Below the pieces are notes generated by a model. The model was given only the letters and a program-made list of their open reading frames with translations. It was not told the origin of the DNA and made no database searches. Source: Octopus vulgaris (taxonomy: Eukaryota). From it: DNA of 64,000 nucleotides. Positions 1 to 54,687 of this stretch are shown here, piece by piece. The stretch spans positions 13,640,001-13,704,000 of the forward strand of contig OX597836.1 of the NCBI GenBank assembly GCA_951406725.2, given 5' to 3'. The first letter of the stretch is position 1. Each line of letters begins with the position of its first letter. The translations under genes were made by a program, and so were the position numbers.

Positions 1-1
1 C

Positions 2-40
<39 letters not shown>

Positions 41-42
41 CA

Positions 43-76
<34 letters not shown>

Positions 77-84
77 CATTATTA

Positions 85-157
<73 letters not shown>

Positions 158-540
158 CGTCGTTATGGTTATTATTTCAAGATATTTAAACATCCATCCC
201 ATTACTCTGGCTTAGAAAAGAAGGATCGTCCTAGGACATATTTATTTCATACGCATATTTTTTTACAAACATCCGTTTTTTTTTTCTGCGTTTATTAGCC
301 GTTGAATTTAGCCACCTCTGAGGAAGCAGGAGTAAAGGTTAGCAGTGAATATCCATCACCACCACCACCACCACCACCACCACCACTACCACCGCAGATT
401 TAAAAGATTTTTTCAAAACGAAAAAATATTTTTTAATATAAACAAAAATGATAATTAAACAAACTGATACAGTTATTAGCTGAAGGTTACATTTTGACAA
501 ACTTAACACAAACTTAAACCATATAAACAAAACTACTTAT

Positions 541-1530
541 AACAACAGCAACTCATTCTTTACTAACGTTGTAAATAATAGAAGCAATTCAACGAAAAAG
601 AGAAGAAAGGAATGACGTACGTTACAAAAGACAGTGCATCTTTGCCTGGTGAATATATTCAGGAAAGAGCGAAGAAAATAAAATGATATATCTCCGTTTT
701 CAAAAATGTAAAGGCTATCTAATGCTTTCAAAAGAGGAGTTGGACGAAGTCCAGGCTAACGTCTGTTCCATGCTCCTGGAAAACAGCAGCAACTAGTCCT
801 TTGCAAGCATTGTTAGTGATAAGGAGCTTCTTGGTACGAACAATCTCAATTAAAAGAAGATGAAATAGATGTGATATGGCACAAAAAATAGTACCTCTTT
901 CTGTGGTGAATATATCAAGTAAAGGGCGAAGAATGATATGACATTCCTCTGTTTCTGAAAGAAAAAAAATGGAAAGGCTTTTATATGCCCTCGAAAGTGG
1001 AGCTGGAAGGAACCCTAACTGTCGTCTGCTCCATTTAACTGGAAAACAACAGCAAATCATCTTTTACAAACGTTGTAACAAGGAGGTTCTCAGTATGAGC
1101 CAGCTTAACGAAAAGAAGAAATGGGTGATCTGTATCACAAAAGACAATACCTCCTTACCTGGTGAATATATCCTGGGAAAAGCGAAGAAAGTGACATGCC
1201 CCTGTTTAAAATAACGAAAGAGGAATTGGACGTAGTTGACATGTACTCCATGTAACTGGGAAACAACAATTCATCTTTTGCGAATGTTATAACAGGAACT
1301 TCGCAGTGTGAACTATCTCAAAGAAAAGAAGGCGAAATGGATGGGGTACGTCACATAAGGTAGTACCTCTCTCCACGTACCTCCCTCCTTCTCTGGTGAG
1401 TATACCAATGAAAGAGCGAAGAGAGGTGACAGAGCCCGCTTTTTAAAAAAAATTATAAGTTTTCCATAAGCCCCCGAAAGAGTAGCTCGACGAATTCCAG
1501 GCTGATGTGTATTCCATTTACATGGGGAAA
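541..1530. repeat. Diverged tandem repeat, about 240-bp unit, 4 copies
   Basis: Recurring AACA(A/G)CAGCAA, GGTGAATATA and AAAG(A/G)GCGAAGA motifs near 541, 781, 1044 and 1261. Confidence 0.7.
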
Positions 1531-1735
1531 GCACATGGAACTGTATAGAAAACCGTCGGCTAGATTGAACCTATAATTCGAGAGTTACAATACATGCATC
1601 TCTATGGTATTGAGCAGAATATTTGCTGTAACCATTCTTTTATACAAAGACAAAATAATGTACATGATAACACTTCCAATCAGTTAAGCCACTGTCTGGT
1701 ACTGCATCAGGGCATTTATTACTACTACTATTATT

Positions 1736-1766
<31 letters not shown>

Positions 1767-2050
1767 TTATTATCATCATCATCATCATCATCATCATCCT
1801 CATCATCATCATCATCATCACCATCATCATTATTATTATTATTATCGTTATTATTTCGAACGTCTCCTTCCTATTGAGGATTATACATTGTTGAATTTTT
1901 TTCTTTCCCATTATGTTAAACTTGTTTACATGCAAATCGCCCCTCCCCCCCCCCCCAAAAAAAACACACTTACACACACACATGTTGTTTGCTTTGTCCT
2001 GTACTGTCCATAATGTTTTTCTTAATGTAGACCCTTTGTGGTCAATAAAG

Positions 2051-2108
<58 letters not shown>

Positions 2109-2113
2109 TATTA

Positions 2114-2187
<74 letters not shown>

Positions 2188-2218
2188 TTTATCATTACTA
2201 TTATTATTATTATTATTA

Positions 2219-2297
<79 letters not shown>

Positions 2298-2349
2298 CAT
2301 TATTATCATTAATATTATCATCATTATCATTATTATTATTTCATTATAG

Positions 2350-42794
<40,445 letters not shown>

Positions 42795-43482
42795 AGAACC
42801 AAAAAAAAAACCAAAAGAACACTTCCATCTCACCATTTTACACTGTTAAACAACAACGAAAAGACAAAAGAACTCTCAAATGAAAAGAAAGAAACGACTC
42901 GAAAACCAACCGAATTTTATATCTGGTATCAGACATAGAATTATGAAGAAAATTACGAATTTAATAGATTTTTTCGGTTATTTTTAGAGAGAAAAACTAC
43001 CGTATTTGATGGCATAAAAGACGCATATTAAGCGCACCCGGATTTCACCAGTGTATATTCAGGAAAAGATGATTTTAGTGTATAAAAGCTTATGGGAGGC
43101 CCAACTTCGCATTTAGGGCCAGGAGGGATTTTTTTTTTTTTTTTGAGACATTTTTTTTCTTTTGCGGTATGGGTGAAAAAAAAAGTGTACCTTGTATGTC
43201 ATCACTTACGGGTGGGAAATATTCGAGGATGAAAGGGGCTGATTGGGTGCAAGGGTGGATTGGACATATTAAAACAATTATTTTCCATGTAATGGCGATG
43301 GTGTGTTTTATTTCTTTCATTTTTTTTTTTGCATATTTTTTTTATTAAAAACTGTTAATTTTTGTTTTCGTTTTATGCTCTGTTTTTTTTTATTTTTTAT
43401 TTTTATCTATTTTTATTTACAAGTGTAGTTGGAAGTCGACTGCATGTGCAAAGATAAGGGAGGGGGGATTTTTCATTGTAGA

Positions 43483-43523
<41 letters not shown>

Positions 43524-44361
43524 CGATGATGATGATGATAGTGGTGGTGGTGGTGGTGGTGGTGGTGGTGGTGAAGATGACGATCATCATGACGACGGCA
43601 ACGAGGACGGCGATGATGATGAAGATGACCATCACACTGACGACGACTTCAGTGAGAACAATGACGACGATGATGATGAGGATGATCGTCATTAACCTGA
43701 TGATGATTATCCCCATGATTATAATGACGATGACGATTATTAGAATGATGACGAGAGCAAGGATGATCATTGATTGATTGATTGGTTGACTGATTGGCTG
43801 ATTGACCGATTGACTTATTGGTTGAGTAGATGAGTGATTGATTGATGATTGATTGATTGAGTGAGTGATTGATTGATTGGCTGATTGACCGATTGAATTA
43901 TTGGTTCAGTATTTGAATGATTGATGGGTATTGATTGAGTAATTGAGTGATTGATTAATGATTGATTACATAATGAATTTTTAAATATACAACACAGGGT
44001 CAACTCAGAAGCGAGTGAAAGTTCTTGTCTTAGGATCTCTGCCTACTCAGTGCACCGCACGCCCGCAACAACAACAACAACAACATCAATAATATTAATA
44101 ATGATAATAATCCATAATAAAACATGTCGATGATGATGATAACGACCACAATGATATGGATGGCATCCGCAAAAGAACAGCCGCAACAAGAACAACAATA
44201 ACATTAGCTACAGCAACAACTAATATGGCAGGGTAATAAACATAGAATTGACAGGTTGATATGCATATTTGATAAACGTACGTAATTAAGGAAGTGGTAA
44301 TTAGTGATTGGAGACGGTGGCTCGAAAGAATTGTGTGTGTGTTTTATATATATATACATGT

Positions 44362-44438
<77 letters not shown>

Positions 44439-44512
44439 TGCATACATACATACATAAACATATATATATATATATACATACACAAATACATATATAAGTA
44501 TGTATATGTAAA

Positions 44513-44561
<49 letters not shown>

Positions 44562-44663
44562 TGTATATACGTACGCACATACATACATACATACACATAT
44601 ACGGACACATGCATACCTTTATGTACATTACACACCCCGTAAAACACTCGCGCGCACACACAC

Positions 44664-44698
<35 letters not shown>

Positions 44699-45023
44699 CC
44701 ATACATGCATCCATACAGACATAAGTATTTATGAAAGAGAGAAGAGAAAGATTGACAGAGAGAAACTGTTTATGTGATATGGTTTGATACGTGTGAGAGA
44801 GAGACAGAAGGAGAGACAGAGAGTGTTACTACGTGTGTGTGTGTGCGTGGGTGGGTGGGTGTGTATTCAAATATGCAAATGAATGGGAGAAAACGTACTC
44901 AATATCAGAAATTGAATCGTTGCTGGAACCGTTGCTACTCATATTCCCAGGAAATTCAGAGAAGCATCAAGAAGTCTCAGATTCAAATAGATTCAAGCAT
45001 ACATACATACATATATATATGTG

Positions 45024-45114
<91 letters not shown>

Positions 45115-45498
45115 CAAATATATATGTGCGTGTGTATATACTCTCTCTTTTTACTTGTTTCAGTCACTTGACTGTAGCCATGCTGGAGCACCACCTTTAG
45201 CCTAGTACTTATTCTGTCGGTTTCTTTTGCCGAGCCGCTAAGTTACGGGGACGTAAACCCACCAGCATCGGTTGTCAAGCTATGCTGGGGGGACAAGCAC
45301 AGACACACATATGCATATATTCGACGGGCTTCTTTCAGTTTCCGTCTAACAAATCTACTAACAAGGCTTTGGTCGGCCCGAGGCTATAGCAGAAGACACT
45401 TGCTCAAGGTGCCACGCAGTACGACTGAACCCGGAACCATGTGGTTGGTAAGCAAGCTACTTACCACACAGCCACTCCTACGCCTATATACATATATA

Positions 45499-45563
<65 letters not shown>

Positions 45564-45763
45564 TATGTATAAATATATATACACATACATATAAATGTAT
45601 GTATGTATGTGTGTGTATATATATATATATGTATGCATGATTTTATGCATCTTTACAGTAAGTGTTGTGCTTATGTATATATATATACATTTATGTTTAT
45701 AGATATGTAAATGTTTATAAGTACACATACATACACATAGATATGTATGTATATGTATGTATT

Positions 45764-45815
<52 letters not shown>

Positions 45816-45934
45816 CATATATATATACACACACATATATCTATACAGATATATATACATATATATATATATTTACATACATATGAATGTTCGTACTTAT
45901 GTGCATGTACATGTATACACACACTCACATATAC

Positions 45935-46036
<102 letters not shown>

Positions 46037-46631
46037 GAAATTCGTAGAAAAACAAAAGATGAACACATGTATGAACAATTAGCAAGTGTATTAGCTTGAT
46101 GCTCGGGAAAAATGAAAAAGAGTTTACATTTCGAGTCAACGCACTCCAGCAGAAGGGAATAAGAGAAAATAGACCGAGAGAGAATGAACAAGATTTGTAG
46201 ATTTCTGCATATGTGATTCCGTGTGCGTGTTCTTTTTTTTTTTGTTTTTGTTTTTTCATTATTATGGATGCATTTGAGAGCGTGCATTTGTATAGAAAAA
46301 CGCGTGTGAGTGTGCATTTTAAGTCAGGATGCTACAACTGCGGATATTTTTGCTTCGCTGTGTATATTTGTATAAATGTTGTTTCAATTCAACTTTCTAA
46401 ATATATTTTGCGCATGTCCTTTTCTGAGAAGAAGATTCAATTTGGGTTTCTGTTTTGTTTTTTGTTTTTTTTTTTTGCTGGGGAGGTGTTTTTTTTTTAT
46501 ATATATATAAATCTTATTTACTAAATCAATAACTTACCATCCAAAAGCTTCCTTTAGCTAAACGGCCCTTTATGATAAGATCTTGACACACCTGATTTTG
46601 TTTGTGTGGTTACCTGTTGTATAAATGCTCT

Positions 46632-46711
<80 letters not shown>

Positions 46712-46765
46712 GGTATATATGTATATGTGTATATATATATATATATGTATGTATGTATGTATATG

Positions 46766-46803
<38 letters not shown>

Positions 46804-46809
46804 TGTATA

Positions 46810-46856
<47 letters not shown>

Positions 46857-46930
46857 ACATGCATACATACATATATAAATACATATATGTGTATATGTAC
46901 GTTTATATATATATATATATACAAATATAC

Positions 46931-46968
<38 letters not shown>

Positions 46969-47382
46969 ATGTATGCGAGGGGGGTGTTGATATATATATA
47001 TATATATTCATATATAATATTGATTTATTCTTTTTGTATTTTATTTTACGTTTTCTTTCTCATATTCTTTTTCCGTTTTTTCTGTTTGTAACAGTTTTAA
47101 ATAAAGAGAGATTTTGGAAAATGAATCCATATTGTCATAAGTATTTCTTCTTATTCTTATTATCGTTATTAATATTTTTTAGTCTATCTCATTGATCCCA
47201 GTGCTTACCTGATACTTATTTCATCGATCTTGAAAGGGTGAAAGGCAAAGTCGACATCGGCAGAGTTTGAACTCAGAACATAAAGACAGATTAAATGCTG
47301 TTAAGCGTTTTGCCCAGTGTGATAACGATTCTTCCAGCTCACCGCCTTACATCAGCGACGTTACTACTACTACTACTACTAG

Positions 47383-47418
<36 letters not shown>

Positions 47419-47837
47419 GCAAAATATTAAACAACTGTCGGATCGCCTGTGGAGATACCTCAGTCTGTAAGAAATTATGGAAAAATCAAAGCAGAGTTTC
47501 GCGGTTTGCATTTCGATAGCCAAGGGAGAGAAGCGCTTCGCAATTATTTCCACTTGTCTGCTTGTGCTTCAAACGAGAGTTATTTCCCTTGAATTTACAT
47601 TCTAATTTTGAATAATTCTCTTTTACTCTTGTTCCAGTCATTTGAGTGTGGCCATGCTGGAGCACCGCCTTTTAGTCGAGCAAGTCGACCCCGGGAATTA
47701 TTCTTTGTAAGCCTAGTACTTATTCTATCCGTCTCTTTTGCCGAACCGCTAAGTTTACGGGGACGTAAACACACCATTATCGGTTGTCAAGCGATGTTGG
47801 GGGGACAAACACAGACACACAAACACATACACACACA

Positions 47838-47882
<45 letters not shown>

Positions 47883-48315
47883 GACGGGCTTCTTTCAGTT
47901 TCCGTCTACCAAATCTACTTACAAGGCTTTGGTCGGCCCGAGGCTATAGGAGAAGAGATGCCATGCACTGGGAATGAACCCGGAACCATGTGGTTCGTAA
48001 GCAAGCTACTTACCACGAAGGTGTTGCTCGCTTTTGAGTGCAGTCAGACCGGGTTCAATCCCGGACTGATGCACGTTACTATGTTTTAATGGCGGTGGAT
48101 TGGTAGAATAGCTAGAGTGTAAAAAGAATGGTAAGCAGTGATTTCTAAGTTCAAATCCTGCCATGGTCCACAGAACAGGACAATACCAACCAAGAACTGC
48201 AATTGGTAAAATGGTTCTACCCCAGCAGCAGAACCACGAATAGCATTACAGAGAATATGGGGTCTTGCGACAAAATTATAAAACGTGTGTGTGTATATAT
48301 ATATGCATGTATATA

Positions 48316-48379
<64 letters not shown>

Positions 48380-49310
48380 TATATACATACATATATATAT
48401 GTCAGACGAAATTGCGAGGATGATCCGGTTCTTGACTGAAGATTAGAGGCTTCGAATGAAACGTCCGTATTTTGTATCGTCTATTTGAGTGTTTTGCATT
48501 CTTGTCCCATTTTGTATTTTTATATATATTTTTTTATGTATAAATGTATGTATGTATTTATGTGTATGTGTGTGGCTTTGTGTCTGTGTTTGACCCCTCA
48601 CCATTGCTTGACAATTGATGCTGATATGTTTATGCTGCTGTGACTTAGTGGTTCGGCAAAAGCAATCAATAGAATAAGTACTAAGCTCACAAAGAATAAG
48701 TCTTGGGGTTGAACATTTCAACTAAAACACTTCAAGGTGGTGGCTCCAGCATAGCCACAGTCAAATGACTAAAATGTGTAAAAGAGTAAAAGAAAAGAAT
48801 AAAAGAACGTATATAGTAATAATTTCATATTCAGGCAGACACCTTGTAGTATGCTTTTTAAAGCCTGTCCACCATATTCAGCTACCTGATGTCAACAGCA
48901 GTATGGCGGTATATTCCACTGGATTTACTTCAAGAATTCATTTGTGTCTGTAGTGTTTGTATAAAAAAGGGAGAGACAGAAAATGGAATTCACAAAACTC
49001 TTTATTCAGAACCATTACAATTGTTTTGACTCTTGCACCCGTATGTTATAGGTGATATACTGTACAATCAATTACCATGTATTATACATGTAGATGCACA
49101 TCCTCAGGTGACTTCTCAAAAAGTGTAGCATTCCATCCGTCTCCATGATGAACAGAAACAGAATGAAGGAATCTTTCTCGTATAAGCAATAAAACCATAA
49201 AAATATATCATAAAGAATACAAGAATAAAAGAATGAAGAACTAAAAAATAAAATAAAGTAAAATAAAATAAAATGGAATATACTGATAAGATACAGTTAA
49301 AGAGAAATAA

Positions 49311-49410
49311 AAAATATACATGAGATCAGAATAAAACAAAAAAACAATTAGACATTTATCTAAACCTTTACATTTCATCAAAAAATATATATATACATAT
49401 ACACACACAG

Positions 49411-49457
<47 letters not shown>

Positions 49458-49459
49458 CG

Positions 49460-49491
<32 letters not shown>

Positions 49492-49671
49492 CATACATAC
49501 ATACATATATATATATACATACGTATATATATATATATAATATATATATATATACATACATACATACATATATATATATACATACGTATATATTATATAT
49601 ATATATATATACGTATGTATATATATATATGTATGTATGTATGTATATATATATATATGTATGTATGTATG

Positions 49672-49734
<63 letters not shown>

Positions 49735-49835
49735 CTGTGTGTGTATATGTATATATATATTTTTTGATGAAATGTAAAGGTTTAGATAAATGTCTAATTG
49801 TTTTTTTTGTTTTATTCTGATCTCATGTATATTTT
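49311..49835. repeat. Large palindrome of about 525 bp
   Basis: About 100-bp unique outer arms nearly perfectly inverted; inner microsatellites also mirrored. Confidence 0.85.
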
Positions 49836-49889
49836 ATATGTGTGTGTGAGTGAATGCATGTGTGTGTGCATATATATATATATATATAA

Positions 49890-50242
49890 TCGAATTGAAC
49901 CAGCCAGGATCCCTGGTCTGGTGGTACGTAAAAAGCACTATCCGACTCGTGGCCGATGCCAGCACCGCCTCGACTGGCTTCCGTGCCGGTGGCACATAAA
50001 ATACACCAATCCGACCGTGGCCGTTGCCAGCCTCGCCGGGCACCTGTGCAGGTGGCACGTAAAAAGCACCCACTACACTCACGGAGTGGTTGGCGTTAGG
50101 AAGGGCATCCAGCTGTAGAAACATTGCCAGATAATACTGGAGCCTGGTGCAGCCTTCTGGCTTCCCAGAACCCCGGTCGAACCGTCCAACCCATGCTAGC
50201 ATGGAGAACGGACGTTAAACGATGATGATGATGATGATGATG

Positions 50243-50243
<1 letters not shown>
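49890..50243 (+). mobile_element. RTE 3' UTR fragment in (TA)n; further copies at 52915-53160, 54292-54448, 60125-60328, 61586-61776 and 62178-62640
   Basis: Same terminal sequence (GGCGTTAGGAAGGGCATCCAGCTGTAGAAAC...GACGTTAAAC(GAT)n) as the 60741 LINE. Confidence 0.85.
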
Positions 50244-50273
<30 letters not shown>

Positions 50274-50435
50274 TATATATATAGATATATATATATACAC
50301 AAACACGCACACACACACTCATAAATATATTTTTTGATATTATACATATTTTCTTTATATTATATATACACAAACACATATGCACGTGTGTGTGTGTGTG
50401 TATACCTATCTATTTAAATATACAAAGATATATAT

Positions 50436-50466
<31 letters not shown>

Positions 50467-50521
50467 GATATTTACATATATGCATATATATATACATATA
50501 TATATATGTGTGTATATATGC

Positions 50522-50583
<62 letters not shown>

Positions 50584-51054
50584 GTGGCTGATAAATAAAT
50601 TATACAAAGGGATGTGTTATAGACATTACAGCAGGCTTTTGTGTTGGGGTAAATCTATTATAATTGTTTAGTGAGAGATAAAATATAAACTGAAAGTCAA
50701 GGAAAAGATATAGAGGTGGGATGGGGGTGGTTGTGCTATCTTAAGCAGGTATTGAGTGACGAGTCATTAGGCATTAAGCAGATTTTACTAGCATCTATTT
50801 ATCTCCATGCAGAGGCGTCTATCAAACAGCTGACCACTTCACCTGAATACATTCCTCTGTCAATTCTGCATCTAAGCAAATCCTTTGGGAGTTGCTGAGA
50901 TTGTGAATCAATTCAGTTACACCGATTCTTCTGTTTAATTTAGAACAAAGGCGACTGTAACACTGTCAACAATGACAATCACAACAACACTGACGGAGAC
51001 AGCAACAATGCTACAGAAAGAAATGATTGACATGTTGGGAATTTCAGTAAAGCA

Positions 51055-51097
<43 letters not shown>

Positions 51098-51102
<5 letters not shown>

Positions 51103-51532
51103 CATCTCCTGTGATCATAATATCTCGGCGAAAGAGTTTGACAAGCTCAGAAAATATAAAGACCTGCTCATTGAAATTGAGAAAATGTGGCATCTCAAGG
51201 CGGTTACAATACCAGTGATCGTAGGAGCACTAGGAATGATCAAGAAGGGAACCGAAAATTATATGAGAATGATCCCTGGCTTACCATCCCTGCAAGAAGT
51301 GCAAAAGATTGTCTTAACTGGTACATCACACGTATTGAGAAGAGCATTGTCGATGTGAGAACTATTACTACCCATGTATTTTAATTTAACTTTAAAAAAA
51401 AAAAAAATGAACGTACTAGTGAGTCTAGTTTAATGGCCTACCAATGTATACTATGAGTTTCTTTGCCCTAGGAGTCGGGAAGACACTCGGCAAGAAATGG
51501 AAGCAAATTTGAAAGAAGAGGAAAAAAAAAGA
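51098..51532 (+). mobile_element. R4/Dong-like non-LTR 3' fragment (RLE C-terminus) inside (TAA)n
   Basis: DHNISAKEFDKLRKYKDLLIEIEKMW...PVIVGALG...QKIVLTGTSHVLRRALSM* flanked by (TAA)n. Confidence 0.85.
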
Positions 51533-51546
51533 TAATAATAATGATA

Positions 51547-51586
<40 letters not shown>

Positions 51587-51588
<2 letters not shown>

Positions 51589-51783
51589 TTGAGAAGAGCA
51601 TTGTCGATGTGAGAACTGTTGCTGCTCATGTATTTTAATTTAACTTGAAAAAAAAAAAAAAAATGAACGAACTATTGAGTTTGGTTTAATGGCCTACCAA
51701 TGTATACTATGAGTTTCTTTGCCCTAGAAGTCGGGAAGACACTCGGCAAGAAATGGAAGCAAATTTGAAAGAAGAAAAAAAAA

Positions 51784-51785
<2 letters not shown>
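51587..51785 (+). mobile_element. Second, shorter 3' copy of the same R4/Dong-like element
   Basis: Repeats 51334-51530 almost exactly; (TAA)n on both sides. Confidence 0.85.
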
Positions 51786-51825
<40 letters not shown>

Positions 51826-51828
<3 letters not shown>

Positions 51829-52368
51829 GCCCTGATGCAGTACCAGGTGGTGGCTCCCATGGCTTCTGATCTTAACTGATTGGAAGTGTTATCATGTACA
51901 TTGTTTTGTCTTGGTATAAAAGATGGGCTACAGCAAATATTCTGCTCAATACCACAGATTTGCTTGTCAGTTGTTTGACCTTAACCAGTTGAGCATGTCC
52001 CTTAGTGGCTGACGATATGTGCATCTCTGATCATGAGCAGAAGTAGTGGGGAGCATCATAGCCATGTGTTGAGAGGGATTCTTTGGGGTTTGAATAATTA
52101 ACCTCTGGAAACATGGGTGTTTCGTTCAACATCCTTAAACAACCCCTATTCAGGGATGGGCTACTCAACCTGAAGAAAAATCCTAACTGAGCTCCACTTA
52201 CAAGGTCACGCGCTGTTTATCTTGATATGAGATCACCATGTCACGCACATATGGTTATGATGCATGTGCCTTGTGTATACTTATCAGACGGGTAGTCATG
52301 ATGGGTATAGTAGGCTTCGTATATTTTACCCCAGTGTCACTTTGATGGCATGCGCTGCTCTCTCACTC
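51826..52368 (+). mobile_element. About 545-bp non-coding element inside (TAA)n; partial copies at 1607-1716 (-), 5285-5452 (+) and 34264-34580 (-)
   Basis: Shared termini AATGCCCTGATGCAGTACCAG and GCTCTCTCACTC, each abutting (TAA)n in independent copies. Confidence 0.8.
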
Positions 52369-52399
<31 letters not shown>

Positions 52400-52499
52400 G
52401 TAAAGAATCAAAGTTTGTTGAGAAAGAAAGGAGAGCAGGGAGTAGAAATTTTTTGCAAAGAACTTGCAGATGCAAGTGCTACCAATTAAAAGCTCTGCG

Positions 52500-52890
52500 T
52501 ACTGGATGCCAGCAAGTTTATGGGGTCAACAGGAGAGATTGCACACCACTTCAGGGCCTACTTCTCGACGGCATCATTGTGTACCAGCCCCACTCACTGA
52601 AATGAGGTCCCACAAATTAGATCAACTGGTCATCAGAGGTTTAGCTCAATATTCTTCTAGCCATTGCTTACCGTCTCACTTTTAACCAAATCCAGCGGCT
52701 TACCTTTTCCACTGTAGTCTGGATATTACTCATGGTGGTCATTTGCTTAACGATAAGTTAGGCCTAACAATAACAACAATTGCATCACACTGTGTCCAAC
52801 AAATCCTCTCCATCTGACTTCTATTGGAAAATGCTCTGCTTTCCAGCCTGTGTCTTCACATTTCTCGAGGTTTACATAACAATCTTTCAA
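52500..52890 (-). mobile_element. HERO-like RLE non-LTR 3' fragment
   Basis: CEDTGWKAEHFPIEVRWRGFVGHS..LG and, after a frameshift, TVEKVSRWIWLK. Confidence 0.65.
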
Positions 52891-53651
52891 GGAACCGTCA
52901 GCTCCTCCTCCTCATCATCATCATCATCATTTAGCATCCATTTTCCATGCTGGCATGGGTTAGATCGTTTGACTGGAGCAGGTAAGCTAGAGCTGTGCCG
53001 GGCTCCAGTCTGTTTTGGCTTGGTTTCTATGGCTGGATACCCTTCCTCACAACAACCACTCTTCAAAGGGTGCAGGGTGCCTTTTACATGTCACTGACAT
53101 GGGTGCCATTTATGTGCCACCAGCATCAGTCCCTTTCACATGTCACCGGCATAGGTGCCTTTATACATATTCATTCTTCCACACACACTGATACCTACTC
53201 TTACTCTTTTACTTGTTTCAGTCATTTGACGGCGGCCATGCTGGAGACCGCCTTTAATCAAGCAACTCGACCCCGGGACTTATTCTCTTTGTAAGCCCAG
53301 TACTTATTCTATCAGTCTCTTTTGCCGAACCGCTAAGTAACGGGGACATAAACACACCAACATCGGTTGTCAAGCAACGCTAGGGGGACAAACACAGACA
53401 CACATGCATATATATATATACATATATACAACGGGCTTCTTTCAGTTTCCATCTACCAAATCCACTCACAAGGCTTTGGTCGGCCCAAGGCTATAGTAGA
53501 AGACAGTTGCCCAAGGTTCCACGCAGTGGGACTGAACCCGGAACCATGTGGTTGGTAAACAAGCTACTTACCACACAGCTACTCCTGCACCTCCATATAT
53601 TACTTCATATAATATCATACAAAATGAAGATAGTTTAATTTAATAAATCTA

Positions 53652-54687
53652 GGCACAGGAGTGGCTGTGTGGTAAGTCGCTTGCTTACCAACCACATGGT
53701 TCCGGGTTCATTCCCACTGCATGGCACCTAGGGCAAGTGTCTTCTACTATAGCCTTAGGCCGACCAAAGGAGATAGACAAAGAACATGTTTTACCAACAA
53801 CTATGATGCTGTTGGTAAAACATGGTCTTTGTCTATCTCCTTATCCTCTTGGAGATTTTAGGTAAAATTATACTAATGTGTCCTAATTTAATTGCTCGAC
53901 TAAAGGTGGTGCTCCAGCATGGCCGCAGTCAAATGACTGATACAAGTAAAAGAGCATATGTAAGATTCTAGAGGGGCTGGCACCAAACACTGGGACCAAG
54001 AATTATACCAACCCTGAACAGGATACCACTCTACTGTTCCAAAGGTCCCACTTTAATTAGCAGCTGCTCTACATTCTAAATAGGGTGAAGAGGGGAAAGA
54101 CATGTGGAGATATACAAAGGCACAGGAATGGCTGTGTGGTAAGTAGCTTGCTTACCAACCACATGGTTCCGGGTTCAGTCCCACTGCGTGACATCTTGGG
54201 CAAGTGGCTTCTACTATAGCCTCGGGCCGACCAAAGTCTTGTGAGTGGATTTGGTAGATGGAAACTGAAAGAAGCCTGTCATGTATATATATGGAGTGGT
54301 TGGCATTAGGAAGGGCATCTAGCTGTAAAAACTCTGTTAGATCAGACTGGATGGATCCTGGTGCAGCCTCCAGGCTTCCCAGACCCTGGTCAAACCGTCC
54401 AATCCATGCTAGCACAGAAAATGGACATTAAACGACGATGATGATGATATATATATGTGTATGTGTGTGTGTGTGTGTGTGTATGTTTGTTTGTCTGTGT
54501 TTGTCCCCCAACATCGTTTGACAACCGATGCCGGTGTGTTTACGTCCCCATAACTTAGCGGTTCGGCAAAAGTGACCGATAGAATAAGTACTAAGCTTAC
54601 AAAGAATAAGTCCTGGAGTCGATTTGCTCAACTAAATGCAGTGCTCCAGCATGGCCGCAGTCAAATGACTGATACAAGTAAAAGAGT
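53652..54687 (+). mobile_element. Two rearranged SINE family A copies (53652-53953; 54119-54687)
   Basis: Heads and tails intact; middles replaced or interrupted. Confidence 0.85.

Noticed and set aside
43429-43695. Asp/Gly-rich ORF after the ADAMTS stop
   Set aside because: (GAT)n/(GGT)n microsatellite; no splice link to the gene
50935-51010. Minus-strand acceptor followed by a hydrophobic stretch and stop (tail-anchor-like exon); similar short candidate near 48915-48937
   Set aside because: Low complexity and no upstream exons found
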